DNA from: Octopus sinensis
Taxonomy: Eukaryota
Assembly (NCBI RefSeq): GCF_006345805.1
Contig: NW_021823643.1
Span: 1-21,756 of the forward strand
Length of the DNA stretch: 21,756 nt
Direction of reading: 5' to 3'
Below are positions 20,393 to 21,756 of the stretch, piece by piece. The position numbers and the translations under genes are program-made. Positions within the stretch are counted from its first letter, which is position 1, and the number at the start of each line of letters is the position of its first letter. The notes under the pieces were generated by a model. The model was not told the origin of the DNA. It ran no database searches and was given only the letters and a program-made list of their open reading frames with translations.

Positions 20393-21344
20393 AATATATA
20401 AACAAGGAAATGGTTAGCAATGATCCCGAAGTTTCAGTTCTGTTGCCATAACTGTTTGTTGAAGAAAACTGAGCCGAAACTCCGAAGTTACTGTCGACAT
20501 TTCTTTTTTTTTAAATATATGTGATACTTTAATTAAAGGAATCGAGCAATCTTTCGACTAATGATTTGACTTAATCACTTTTTAGGAATAGTGAGTCTCG
20601 AAGCAACATCATGTTGAAACATGCTTTGACTATTTGTGCTCAAAAGGAATTTTCAGTCCAATATTTACATACCATTATTTATAGCATTATCTGATTCGAG
20701 ATCCATTTAACTTCAAAGCATATATCTACTTGGCTCAGTCTACTCGACTGGTAAACAGAAACCAAGTTAATATATATTTTTTTTTTCTCTCTTTTATTGA
20801 GGCAGAGAAACATCGTGAACAGTAATGTGGTTAGAACTAGTGTCTTATCCACAAGAGATTTTCCTCTCGTCTACTAAACTCTCCAGAAACTGGTTTAATG
20901 GTATATACGCACGAAGCGTTGCAGTCTTTGAACAGATTATCATATTCTATGCACCGTCAGATGCATTCTTCATACACGCCTATATATATATATATATACA
21001 TCTATAAGAATGGTCCTGACTTTACAACAGAAGGCATTTATTGCCTTAAGCCATCTCATTTTCTATTCCTTTTCTTGGTTTTGTCATCATAACAGTTTAT
21101 CAACAAGGAACATTGTTTCTTTGATCCGGTATAAGTAATATAACAAGATTAAGAGAAAAACAGTACTGCCTCGCCTTTTTTCCGCTTGTTTTGCTTTTCT
21201 TTCCTTCCAATCTGATCTGTTTTGGGGGTTTGCTGAGGCATAAGAAAACATTTTCTTTTCGCTAAGAAGTGTATCCTCGGTTTTTTACTGACCCTAACAC
21301 GGTCAGTGTTTATATGACTGGTATCTTAACTAATTTCGTCAAAG

Positions 21345-21739
21345 GGGCGGCGAGCGGGCAGAAACGTTAAGCACGCCGGGCGAAATGCTCAGCGGTATTT
21401 CGTCTGCCGCTACGTTCTGAGTTCAAATTCCGCCGAGGTCGACTTTGCCTTTCATCCTTTCGGGATCGATAAATTAAGTACCAGTTACGCACTAGAGTCG
21501 ATGTAATCGACTTAATCCGTTTGTCTGTCCTTGTTTGTCCTCTCTGTGTTTAGCCCCTTGTGGGTAGTAAAGAAATAGGTATTTCGTCTGCCGTTACGTT
21601 CTGAGTTCAAATTGCCTTTCATCCTTTCGGGGTCGATAAATTAAGTACCAGTTACATACTAGGGTCGATGTAATCGACTTAATCCGTTTGTCTGTCCTCT
21701 CTGTGTTTAGCCCCTTGTGGGTAGTAAAGAAATAGGTAT
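21345..21739 (+). mobile_element. Young Nin/Deu-domain SINE (family C), head plus two tandem units, with TSD
   Basis: Units begin ggtatttcgtctgccg at 21394 and 21578 (period 184). Candidate TSD: ctaatttcgtca (21330-21341) versus ctaatttcatca (21740-21751). CpGs are intact. Confidence 0.92.
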
Positions 21740-21756
21740 CTAATTTCATCATGGCC

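Noticed and set aside
21394-21739. Tandem units as a CRISPR-like array
   Set aside because: There are no unique spacers; the units are SINE body duplications in eukaryotic DNA.

Overview
This is AT-rich, microsatellite-dense eukaryotic DNA, intronic or intergenic. The repeat families resemble those I recall from Octopus genomes, so the organism is an inference. I find no supportable host protein-coding gene: the long ORFs are translations of (RY)n microsatellites, SINEs or decayed transposons. The window is a nest of mobile elements: three SINE families (tRNA-headed with a CORE-like motif, Nin/Deu-domain multimeric, and RTE-tailed), two decayed LINEs (R4/Dong-like at about 3.9-5.5 kb, RTE-like at about 12.3-13.3 kb), an internally deleted DD37D/maT-like Tc1/mariner element, TTAA-flanked piggyBac-type MITEs and a 131-bp element with perfect 36-bp arms. 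Outside the repeats, three signals stand out. The first is a candidate non-coding exon (7730-7903) whose acceptor tract lies in an 18-bp hairpin and which is flanked by inverted SINEs. The second is a candidate promoter or first exon at about 15.6-16.2 kb. The third is an apparent CpG-depleted domain at about 2.9-14.3 kb. I cannot demonstrate a novel biological system; the findings are hypotheses to test.
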